A stretch of DNA of 64,000 nucleotides from an uncultured virus (IMG/VR IMGVR_UViG_3300033630_000015) (taxonomy: Duplodnaviria > Heunggongvirae > Uroviricota > Caudoviricetes), in the IMG/VR virus record IMGVR_UViG_3300033630_000015, one strand, 5' to 3'. Each line of letters starts with the position of its first letter. Position 1 is the first letter of the stretch. The notes below the pieces were generated by a model that saw nothing but the letters and a program-made list of their open reading frames with translations, was not told the DNA's origin and searched no databases. Shown here one piece after another: positions 1 through 8,059 of this stretch. Made by a program: the position numbers and the translations under genes.

Positions 1-177
1 GCAGAAGTACTTAAACATGGATATCGAGGACATATACCAGGTCTATCCCGATGCCCCAGTTAGATCGGAAGGGTGATCTATCCTAAACTCCCCCCTCTAA
101 TTTTAAAACAGATATAGAAATAATGGCGCTCCCATGTAGGCGGTCATCATCATTCCTGATATCCTCACAGTAAAACA

Positions 178-496
178 CCAAGGAGGCCCGTCCCCTTCAG
201 GGGATGGGAGGAATTGGGTACACTTCCCAGTTTACTTTCGCGGTGCTCTGCATACCTATTTAACATGTCAAACCATCTCCTGTATGTACTTGGGCATCTT
301 AGGCACCCTCGCGGTAAACCGTTCGATGCCGATCCTGTACGGCTCTGCCAGACTCTTGCCCGAAAGGGAACGGCTGAAATACGATTTGAAACCGTCTTTG
401 GCAGATCTGAGGCCAACGTTCCAGCAAGACTGGGACCTCTGCAGATCTGCTCAGGGCTGCTGAAAGCCCCTCTCCTTCAGGGGAGGGGTAGCTTAC
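178..496 (+). mobile_element. Non-autonomous IS200/IS605-family element (PATE/MITE-like) with left and right end hairpins and no ORF
   Basis: Left end CCAAGGAGG-CCCGTCCCC-TTCA-GGGGATGGG-AGGAATTGG (178-217). Right end AAAG-CCCCTCTCC-TTCA-GGGGAGGGG-TAGCTTAC (463-496). Both match the typical IS605/TnpB subterminal hairpin style. Confidence 0.7.
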
Positions 497-567
497 AACC
501 GGTGATTCACCAACATGCTTATATACTATGCTATATTTGTAATATGATATCACAACGAGGTGAACAT

Positions 568-960
568 ATGAAGACCAAGAATGTAAAAGTGTTTGACCAG
601 GATGACATAGACTTCATGACGTGCCTCCAGGACATCGGTGTTGAAAGACGGCAAGCCGCAGTTTTAGCCTTTTTCAGGGTTGAAGAGGTAGGAACTTCTA
701 GGGATATTGAAGTTACCGCGATGATTCGGCAACCGGAGGTCAGCATTGCCATAAGTACGCTGAGGAAACTTGGATTCATCAATGCAGAACAGCTCGTAGT
801 TCCTGGTAAGAAAGGACAATATAACAACGAATATTCTTTGGCCGTCCCGTTATCAGACATAATAGACCACTTCTGGCAAATAAAGCTGAAGGAATGGGGA
901 GATATGATGGATAACTACAAGAAGCTGTCCGAGTATGAAATTCGTCCTTTCTCCGGTTAA
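568..960 (+). CDS. Methanogen-type wHTH transcriptional regulator (COG4738/ArsR-like)
   Basis: GAGGTGA RBS before ATG 568, TATA at ~519. Motifs TSRDIE..IRQPEVSIAISTL and YSLAVPLSDII are typical of this Methanosarcinales family. Confidence 0.8.
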   Translation: MKTKNVKVFDQDDIDFMTCLQDIGVERRQAAVLAFFRVEEVGTSRDIEVTAMIRQPEVSIAISTLRKLGFINAEQLVVPGKKGQYNNEYSLAVPLSDIIDHFWQIKLKEWGDMMDNYKKLSEYEIRPFSG

Positions 961-1198
961 AAAACCCAACTGCAACTACATGGTCAAGCAGACTAAGCGA
1001 GCCATACTACTGGTTTTGATGGACGACGGGGCCCAGGTTCCGTACTGGGTTCCAAAATCCCAGGCCACCCTGAAGAAACGAGATGTTATCAGGATCGTGG
1101 ATAAAAAACCAGTAGTTGTTGACCAGGTATTTGAAGCTGTAATTACAGATTGGTGGTGGAAACGAAGAGAACCGGCTAAACCTATGGGGTGTTATTAG
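935..1198 (+). CDS. Hypothetical protein (87 aa)
   Basis: ORF overlapping the upstream stop; T.RAILL..WVPKSQ motif reminiscent of small viral proteins. Confidence 0.6.
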   Translation: MKFVLSPVKKPNCNYMVKQTKRAILLVLMDDGAQVPYWVPKSQATLKKRDVIRIVDKKPVVVDQVFEAVITDWWWKRREPAKPMGCY

Positions 1199-1215
1199 GA
1201 TATTGGTGATTTTAT

Positions 1216-1350
1216 ATGAAGGTGAAATATGTTCTAAAACTGATTATGGAAGGAGACTTCCCAGGGTCTCCGGATCAGGAGTCGGTGGAGATATCCGAGG
1301 CTGAATATAATCAAGTTTGGAATGAGTTCTTTCGTGGGAAGAATGACTAG
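1216..1350 (+). CDS. Small hypothetical protein (44 aa)
   Basis: GGTGA RBS, ATG 1216; fills the gap and overlaps the next start. Confidence 0.5.
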   Translation: MKVKYVLKLIMEGDFPGSPDQESVEISEAEYNQVWNEFFRGKND

Positions 1351-1756
1351 ATTATTTTTTATTTTATTTGTACTTGTGAATCTGTCTGGCGGGTCACTTG
1401 AGTCTGACCTCGCGAGCATACCTACTTTTCCGTATATCGAAAACGAATGGGATTGCAGCGAGATGTCTTTTTATCTGCAACATGAACTTGAGGATCGTGG
1501 GTACAACGCCCAGGTTGCCCAACGAATCGGCAATCCTGGTCATTCTTGGGTCATAGTGGTTGCTGAAACGGAGATAATCACGATTGAAGCGACGACCATG
1601 CAGATAGTGCCATTCAGAAGCGATTTTAACAGAGTTTTCAGGAATGCCACAGATGCTATAAATCATGGCGTACCAGTGGATGATGTAGATTGGTGGAATT
1701 ATGATGAGATCAGCAGAATACGAGAAGCCTCCAAGGGCCTCAAAAAAGATGATTGA
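1343..1756 (+). CDS. Secreted transglutaminase-like/papain-fold cysteine peptidase
   Basis: N-terminal hydrophobic signal; WDCSEMS...GHSWV...IEAT fits a Cys-His-acid triad. Confidence 0.6.
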   Translation: MTRLFFILFVLVNLSGGSLESDLASIPTFPYIENEWDCSEMSFYLQHELEDRGYNAQVAQRIGNPGHSWVIVVAETEIITIEATTMQIVPFRSDFNRVFRNATDAINHGVPVDDVDWWNYDEISRIREASKGLKKDD

Positions 1757-1888
1757 GGAGTTCGGTAAACAGGCCGGGTTGCCTGATAAAGATTACAAAG
1801 TAGTACATACGGCCCCTGTTTTGAACAAGCCGGCAACGACAAGGCTTAAATCTAAGGACATCTTTATAGAACGACAGAGGTTGAACAA

Positions 1889-2623
1889 ATGAGAAAATAC
1901 ATTTTGATGTTGATGGCGATGTTTCTCGTCATTGGTATGGCAGGCGCTGCCAATTATATGTATGAGAAATCATCCATAAAGGGTGTCGGCATGTTGGAAC
2001 AGGTGAAAGTTGTATCGACGCAGCCTGGGTTCGCTGGCCAAAAGCTCGTTGAGAGAGTTGCCGGTTCCGGCCAGGTGGTTGTCCTGGAGGCCGAACTTGA
2101 GGCTGAGAGACAGATGGACAGCTCCGGCAATGCTTTTAACTGCACATTCCCAAATAACTGTGCAATGGATTATATCAACTACACCAAGGAAGCTGAGTTC
2201 GAGTACATGCCCGTCTCTTACCAGACTGGCAGTTACGATGCCAAGTGGGTTGACAAGCTCTGCGTGCAGAATTACAAGATTGGTGGCGTACTGACAGAGA
2301 TGTATGCCCATTCCGAGCATCTGGTCCGGAGCACCGAGGTTAAGACCAGAGGCTATGGCGACTGCGCTGTAAATTGCTGTACTGGAGTTCTTGAGGCCAA
2401 CGTCAACAGCAACGTAATAGGAGTTGCGCATGTTGGTTGGATGTCCAGAGACCCGGTTGGAAGCGATGCTCTTAAAGGCCGCCATGCTGAGTACGGAAGG
2501 TCAGTTGATGACTTGACAGGAGTGTTCTCCATAAACAAATTCATCCAGTTGTGGGGCAACTCGACATGCCAGGCTATATCAGTTGACTGGTTACCCTGCT
2601 TGCTTGGATTACAACTGCTATGA
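1889..2623 (+). CDS. Secreted Cys-rich beta-rich protein resembling Methanothrix cell-envelope proteins (possible sheath-protein family)
   Basis: Signal peptide MRKYILMLMAMFLVIGMAGA, multiple Cys, C-terminal DWLPC. The family resemblance is from memory. Confidence 0.5.
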   Translation: MRKYILMLMAMFLVIGMAGAANYMYEKSSIKGVGMLEQVKVVSTQPGFAGQKLVERVAGSGQVVVLEAELEAERQMDSSGNAFNCTFPNNCAMDYINYTKEAEFEYMPVSYQTGSYDAKWVDKLCVQNYKIGGVLTEMYAHSEHLVRSTEVKTRGYGDCAVNCCTGVLEANVNSNVIGVAHVGWMSRDPVGSDALKGRHAEYGRSVDDLTGVFSINKFIQLWGNSTCQAISVDWLPCLLGLQLL

Positions 2624-2656
2624 TGCGATAGGTGCTTTCGGCATCATATTTTTTTA
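2618..2656 (+). terminator. Hairpin plus T-run terminator
   Basis: TATGATGC...GCATCATA stem followed by a T-run, directly at the stop of 1889-2623. Confidence 0.6.
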
Positions 2657-2721
2657 AACAAACCAACAAAGATTGGATTCCAACCAAAGGTTTTTTAAAC
2701 CAATAAATCATATCAACAATC

Positions 2722-3453
2722 ATGCGAACATGCACCATTTGCGGCGAAACGAAAAGTAAAGAAGGATTCAACAAAGGACGACCAGAATGCAGAGAGTGTA
2801 GCAAGAAAATACAAAAAGAAGCATATTGGAGAAACAAAGGAAGATGCATAGACATAACCGAAAAAACATGCAAAAAATGTGGAATGATTTTACCAATATC
2901 AAAATTCGATAAGAAAGGATGCGCCAAGGATGGTTATAGACAAAACTGTAAAGATTGCACAAACGAGTTGAGAAAAGAATGGAGATATAAAAGAGGAGAC
3001 AACGAATTACCATCGCCAACACATGCGAGAAACGTGTGGCTGGGAATAACCATAGGTGAGGAAGTGGCGAGTAGATATTTCAAGAATCCACGAAGAGCAC
3101 CATATGGAACACCGGGGTATGATTTGATCTGTCAGAATGGATTCAAAATAGATGTAAAATTATCAACACTTAATAGAAATAGCTGGACGTTCAGCATGCA
3201 AAACAGGACCGGAGAAAAACCGGATTATTATCTAATGATTGCAATGGAGTCAGGTGATACATTGACACCCCGTCATATATGGTTGATACCAGTTGGTGCA
3301 ACAGTAGGAAATAGAAAATTGTGTGAAAGACAAAGTATCAGCGTTTCGCCGAGCACGGTATCAAAGCTCGCAAAATATGAGAAACCCATAGATAAATTGA
3401 ATTGTATATGCGATACAATGCATAACAATATATCCAACGAAGTAGAGGTATGA
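2722..3453 (+). CDS. Zn-finger + PD-(D/E)XK endonuclease (free-standing homing-endonuclease-like)
   Basis: Two CxxC...CxxC units at the N-terminus, then GYDLICQNGFKIDVK (D...DxK). The DNA is markedly A-rich relative to its neighbours. Confidence 0.7.
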   Translation: MRTCTICGETKSKEGFNKGRPECRECSKKIQKEAYWRNKGRCIDITEKTCKKCGMILPISKFDKKGCAKDGYRQNCKDCTNELRKEWRYKRGDNELPSPTHARNVWLGITIGEEVASRYFKNPRRAPYGTPGYDLICQNGFKIDVKLSTLNRNSWTFSMQNRTGEKPDYYLMIAMESGDTLTPRHIWLIPVGATVGNRKLCERQSISVSPSTVSKLAKYEKPIDKLNCICDTMHNNISNEVEV

Positions 3454-3456
3454 TTT

Positions 3457-3930
3457 ATGCCAGACGAAATTGAAGAAGTTGCAGAAGAAGATTTCCTCGA
3501 AGGAATATGCGAGTTCCCTGCTTCCGTAAACAACCGGCCAAGTAAGATCGTGATAGCCAATCCCAACATGACCATAGATGATCTGATCCAATCTGTGTTC
3601 GTGAAAGGCGTTGACGGCGTGATAACAGAAGTGAAGTACGGGTTGCCGGTGGAGGGAAAGATTGTCGGGTTCAGAAAGGACATGATGGCTCTCGCGGAGC
3701 TGGAAAACACTTTTGGCGATCAAGGAATCCTGCTTTCGAGCCCTGCAAATCCAACCGCGTTGATGACTATTGCCGAGTGGGAAACCAAGTTCGGCACAGA
3801 CCCATTGCCGCTGCTTTTTGCTATGAGAACCTGGTGGAAGAGCATGGGTGGGGGAGTTCAGGTTACCAGACCAGCTACTGCAAAAGAGGTAAAATATCTG
3901 AAGCTCGGTCGTGGCGGCGTGACGTTCTGA
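3457..3930 (+). CDS. Hypothetical protein (157 aa)
   Basis: GAGGT RBS; followed by T-rich terminator-like runs at ~3937-3964. Confidence 0.7.
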   Translation: MPDEIEEVAEEDFLEGICEFPASVNNRPSKIVIANPNMTIDDLIQSVFVKGVDGVITEVKYGLPVEGKIVGFRKDMMALAELENTFGDQGILLSSPANPTALMTIAEWETKFGTDPLPLLFAMRTWWKSMGGGVQVTRPATAKEVKYLKLGRGGVTF

Positions 3931-4017
3931 GTACACTTTCTTTTTTACGTCAACTTTTTTTTTTACGAAAACATATAAGTATCCTGATGAACGTCTTCCA
4001 TCTTGGAGGATACAAAT

Positions 4018-4254
4018 ATGGCATTTATACCCCTCGGAGAGACCGCTAATGCTGGTCTTGTAATGTCCGGCTACGGAAAGCCTTATCTGAAGAGAGCAAG
4101 CTATGCGAAGGGTTACAACCCCGAGCATCTGAAGGCATATCAGGCCGCCTTTTCAACCGCATCCAAGGAGTGCTCTGCTGCAACTCGTGGAATGACTGGT
4201 ATGGAGAGAGCTAAAGCGAAATCCGCCTGTATGTCTGGTGCTTTGAAGAGGTAG
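4018..4254 (+). CDS. Small basic Ala/Lys-rich protein, own transcription unit (candidate virion DNA-binding protein)
   Basis: TATA-like ATATAAG at ~3973, GGAGG RBS, downstream hairpin AGGTAGG/CCTACCT. Confidence 0.6.
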   Translation: MAFIPLGETANAGLVMSGYGKPYLKRASYAKGYNPEHLKAYQAAFSTASKECSAATRGMTGMERAKAKSACMSGALKR

Positions 4255-4399
4255 GTTTTATCCTACCTTCTTCTCAAAATCTTTAAGTCTTTTTTGTCCT
4301 TTTGTCTCGGATGCTGTTTTTGATCTGCCGTATATGGTGCGCAGTGTTTCCATCATGCGTTTAGTCCTTTCGAGCGATGTAGCCCCCTCTTTTATCATG

Positions 4400-6007
4400 T
4401 TATTTCCTCCATATTATCGCGTCTCTGAACCACGGTTCCAATAGATTCTTGTTCTGCGAATAAAAAAACCCGAAGTTTGAGTCCAGAATATATGTCTTGC
4501 TGAAATCATCAGGGTCTCTGGTTGTTCTCCCAGCTGCTTGTTGGATTGCTACAGCTGTTGTCAATCTATACCACTTGTCGATGTTTAACTCTGCCTTGTC
4601 AGTTTCATTTCTTTTGATAACCCATTCATCACCAAGTGATGGATATGGAACCTTCGCGATGATGTTTCGTTGGAAGTTTTCTCCTTTCAGGTTGATTCCC
4701 TCAGCGTAGTTCACTGATAGGAAAATACATTCCTTGGATCTCATGAATTGCCGCAGTGCATCTTCGCGATGTCCGGGGGTTTGCAGTAGAACCTTTGGAT
4801 GCCTCATGTTGTCCTTCAATTTTTGTGCAATGCCATATGAGTGGCAATGCACTATGGTTTGTCTCGGGTATTCCTTGTGTATCTCCAATATACGCCGCGC
4901 CATATTTGGCACGGTGTTATCTATATTGCTTCGACTCATCTTTCCAATAGGTTCGTAATATATTAACCTATTTTTCTTAGGAATAGGATGAACTGCTTCG
5001 ACTCGCGAATAGTTTCGACATATGAGCGATGTTGTTGGGGTTCCAGAACTCATTATAACCAATTTTACTCGGCTGGCCATGGAATTGAAAGGGTATTCCC
5101 CGCGAACCAGTTTCAAGTTTCTATCCTTGTCAATGAAATATGCTTTATCATTGCTGGAAATGACCTGCAATATCCTGCCGCATTTAGCAACCTGCCGTTC
5201 GATCTTGGTCAACTTGGTGGTCAGATACCGGATATCATTCAAGAGGTTTGTATTGCTGGTTGAACTCAGGTTCATACTCTCAAGCATCTCGGTGTAGTTC
5301 TCGGATTCCTCCTCTAGCGATATCATCCATTCATGGATCGAGTCCGTCAGGTTCTCAAGATCAATATTCTCTGGCAGAGCTATACCGAAGTGATTTAGGA
5401 GTTTATCCTCAAGGCTTGCTGATTCATCGATTATGAGAACGTCTGTTGCGGCCCGGTTATATATGAAGAAATCCAAGGTGCACGCTGCTAGATCTGCATC
5501 CCTAAAAGCATACTTAGCTCGGGTGTATGGGCACCTATTGCAGATTTTTGGTTTTCTGCTTGCAAGACTTGCGGATCGGAATGGGCAATCTGATGCGTCT
5601 AGACCTTCCAGCAACAGGCAATCATAATTGCTTTTTCCAAGAACCACGGGAATGCCCAGTTGTTCATCTTCCTCAATTTGGTAGACCAGGGCTTTAAGCG
5701 GGGTGGTATATACTACTTTTTTAATTTCGTCTGGATATAATTCCAACAACGCTTTTCCAGCTGCACGATTAATTATGGTCTTGCCCGATCCGGTTGGGCT
5801 TGGCAATTCAACTATTTTTGAATTTATTTCTCCAGATCTTATTTTTTCATATGTACTTAATATTGATTCAATTGCTTCTTTCTGTCCTACTCTGTATGAA
5901 GGATATACGTTATATTTATTCAAGTCCACAATCTTTAAATCCTGGCATGGCTTGTTATTATTGGTAGCCGTGACCATTTCTAGTTTAGTTCCCTCCACGG
6001 CTATCAT
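4400..6007 (-). CDS. XPD/Rad3/DinG-like SF2 helicase with Fe-S cluster motif
   Basis: Q motif YRVGQ, Walker A SPTGSGKT, Cys cluster C..DCP..CNRCPY, IIDESA, EGINL, QQAAGRTTR.PDD, ILDSNF. Confidence 0.9.
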   Translation of the reverse strand: MIAVEGTKLEMVTATNNNKPCQDLKIVDLNKYNVYPSYRVGQKEAIESILSTYEKIRSGEINSKIVELPSPTGSGKTIINRAAGKALLELYPDEIKKVVYTTPLKALVYQIEEDEQLGIPVVLGKSNYDCLLLEGLDASDCPFRSASLASRKPKICNRCPYTRAKYAFRDADLAACTLDFFIYNRAATDVLIIDESASLEDKLLNHFGIALPENIDLENLTDSIHEWMISLEEESENYTEMLESMNLSSTSNTNLLNDIRYLTTKLTKIERQVAKCGRILQVISSNDKAYFIDKDRNLKLVRGEYPFNSMASRVKLVIMSSGTPTTSLICRNYSRVEAVHPIPKKNRLIYYEPIGKMSRSNIDNTVPNMARRILEIHKEYPRQTIVHCHSYGIAQKLKDNMRHPKVLLQTPGHREDALRQFMRSKECIFLSVNYAEGINLKGENFQRNIIAKVPYPSLGDEWVIKRNETDKAELNIDKWYRLTTAVAIQQAAGRTTRDPDDFSKTYILDSNFGFFYSQNKNLLEPWFRDAIIWRK

Positions 6008-6282
6008 TCCCTATGGAGTTGTGCGTGCAGTTTCAATATGGTTTTTACTATGCCATTTTCTTTATTTAATACATAGTATCTGAAGTTCTTCTCCGAATCG
6101 ATTGCCTTGACTATGTTTAGTTCCTCAAGCATCTTCCATGCCTTGTAAAAGCTTGGTCTGCCCATGCCCATCGCTGCAATCATTTCACTCTTGCTGAAAT
6201 GCCTCGGGGCATTGCAGATCATAAAGTCCAAGATTCGAACTACGTGTTTATTACCAAATACTGATACAAACATGTATCTCAC
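6004..6282 (-). CDS. wHTH transcriptional regulator
   Basis: VVRILDFMI..FSKSEMIAAMGMGRPSFYKAWKMLEELNIV is a typical archaeal wHTH. Confidence 0.75.
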   Translation of the reverse strand: MRYMFVSVFGNKHVVRILDFMICNAPRHFSKSEMIAAMGMGRPSFYKAWKMLEELNIVKAIDSEKNFRYYVLNKENGIVKTILKLHAQLHRE

Positions 6283-6351
6283 CCGACATATGGATGTGTC
6301 ATATGTTATATATATCTTGCGGTAAGTTGTCGAAAAAAGAATATATGGTGC

Positions 6352-7743
6352 CTATTCTACTATGATGGTGGCACCTTTTTGCATCGCGGTCTTGAGCCCG
6401 GAACAAGTGCAATTCTTCACAACGATGGTACTCTGAACGGGATCTGGGTCCGTCGTGCAGAAACACCCACCTGGTGCAATTATATTGCACCTTATTGCAG
6501 TGACGCGGGCCTGCATAATGGCATGGATGCCAAACAAACCTTCAATCTTGCTATCTTCAATTGAGGCATCGGATTCCCCAGTAAAATACGTGGCCCCGCC
6601 GTAGGAATTCACTTTATTCTTATCGCTCTTTAAAATGGATCGAGTGATTTTTCCACGCGCACTGATTACGGCCAAACCATAGCTCTTGGAGGCGTTGGTA
6701 CAGTCCATATCAAGGTTATCAATTGTAAAATCATTAACCTGCCTAACTGTAACCTGGCTGTCAGTGCGCAGATTGAATGCGGAGACTTTATCTGGTTTCC
6801 TGGACTTCCAATCGGTGTTCCCGTGCAGGCAGAATCCTTCTCTGCAATTCCATGCCTCGCTGTCGGCTAACCGGCTATTCGAGCACGTATCAAGTATAAC
6901 TCCTTCAGCGCCGCAATTCTGGCAGAATATGTTCCAGACCTGTTCGTTGTCGCCTGGGCCTGATCCATTATTGCCGAGATATGCGCCAGATGCCCATGAA
7001 TTGATGAATTTAATATCATGGACCTTTGTGCCGCTTCTTAGAGAACCAAACGTGATAAGGCCTTCTCCATCATATGGGTCTTTATCGGTTTGCTTACATC
7101 TATTTCCATCAAACGTTAATTCAGATATCTCGAAAGCGGAGTGCCCTATTGAAGTGGGTGATGTTGCACGGACTAACATCATTATCACATGCCGTGATGG
7201 ACTGCGTTGATTAGGAAGAAGCCTAATGATGGTCTTATCGACCCCTGCTCCAACAACCTTCATATTTCCTTTATCCACGACGGGCAGAGCCACCCAAAAG
7301 ATATTGCTGCCATCAGGATTTAGTCCAAATCTATAGGACGCCGATATGTTATAAAGCCCGGCTCCAATCCCAAGGGTCCCGTTTGCTGGGACCGAATCAA
7401 TAGCTTTTTTGAATACCTGATATGAATCCGAGCTTGCCGGACATGTTGCCAGTATCTTGGTTCCGGATCTAGCCATTACCAGGCCGGACTCCTGAGATAC
7501 CTCGACGTTGTATTTTGTGGCCGGCGCGGGGGTTGGAACTGGTTCTGGGGTTGGGACCGGAATTGGATCTGGCGTTGGCGCTGGCGTGGGCACCGGGTCT
7601 GGAGAAGGTTGAGGATTTTTCCCGGCAAATTCAAGCATGATCCCCCGAAGTGCCCCGTCTCGGGTGGTGTTGTGTTCTAGTTGATATTTTATCCATACAT
7701 TATATACATCTTCGTCAATAGTTACCATAAATCGTCTCAACAT
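6352..7743 (-). CDS. RHH-like N-terminus + Pro/Thr linker + right-handed beta-helix (pectate-lyase/tailspike-like) domain
   Basis: GGAGG RBS before ATG 7743; FMVTIDEDVY.. RHH-like segment; PDPVPTPAPTP linker; beta-helix paralogous to 41600-43987. Confidence 0.7.
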   Translation of the reverse strand: MLRRFMVTIDEDVYNVWIKYQLEHNTTRDGALRGIMLEFAGKNPQPSPDPVPTPAPTPDPIPVPTPEPVPTPAPATKYNVEVSQESGLVMARSGTKILATCPASSDSYQVFKKAIDSVPANGTLGIGAGLYNISASYRFGLNPDGSNIFWVALPVVDKGNMKVVGAGVDKTIIRLLPNQRSPSRHVIMMLVRATSPTSIGHSAFEISELTFDGNRCKQTDKDPYDGEGLITFGSLRSGTKVHDIKFINSWASGAYLGNNGSGPGDNEQVWNIFCQNCGAEGVILDTCSNSRLADSEAWNCREGFCLHGNTDWKSRKPDKVSAFNLRTDSQVTVRQVNDFTIDNLDMDCTNASKSYGLAVISARGKITRSILKSDKNKVNSYGGATYFTGESDASIEDSKIEGLFGIHAIMQARVTAIRCNIIAPGGCFCTTDPDPVQSTIVVKNCTCSGLKTAMQKGATIIVE

Positions 7744-7786
7744 GTTATCCTCCGTTTTTATTTTGGGCCACTGAAAAAAAAAAGAT

Positions 7787-8059
7787 TTAAAAAGGTTCGC
7801 CGGGGATGCCCATGCCTTCAGGCCCTGTTCCCCAGAGAAATACATCTTTGTCCTCAGCCCATGGGCCGATTGCCCTTGTTTCCAGAGCTTCACTGGTCAT
7901 TGGTCCTATGCTCATGTTGGTTTCGATGGACCAGTCCAGGCTGTTGTTCTTAGCAAGGGCCTTTGCGAAGTCCGGGTTTGTTCCTGACAGCTGAACAGGC
8001 TGGATCGCGGCAACTACACCCACGAACACCAACAGTACGATTATAGGAAGTATCCTCAT
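7787..8059 (-). CDS. Small secreted protein (Methanothrix-like)
   Basis: Signal peptide MRILPIIVLLVFVGVVAA; ends ..LWGTGPEG..; T-run terminator downstream. Confidence 0.6.
   Translation of the reverse strand: MRILPIIVLLVFVGVVAAIQPVQLSGTNPDFAKALAKNNSLDWSIETNMSIGPMTSEALETRAIGPWAEDKDVFLWGTGPEGMGIPGEPF

Noticed and set aside
214..567. N-terminal 118 aa of the 248-aa ORF 214-960
   Set aside because: It runs through the IS605-like hairpins and a promoter; the RBS and family motif indicate the real start is 568.
2595..2660. Frameshift (TGCT duplication) truncating the secreted Cys-rich gene
   Set aside because: The existing stop coincides with the terminator hairpin, and the alternative frame would read through it.
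7744..7893. N-terminal extension of the 513-aa ORF
   Set aside because: It overlaps the upstream gene and its T-run terminator; a GGAGG RBS supports ATG 7743.
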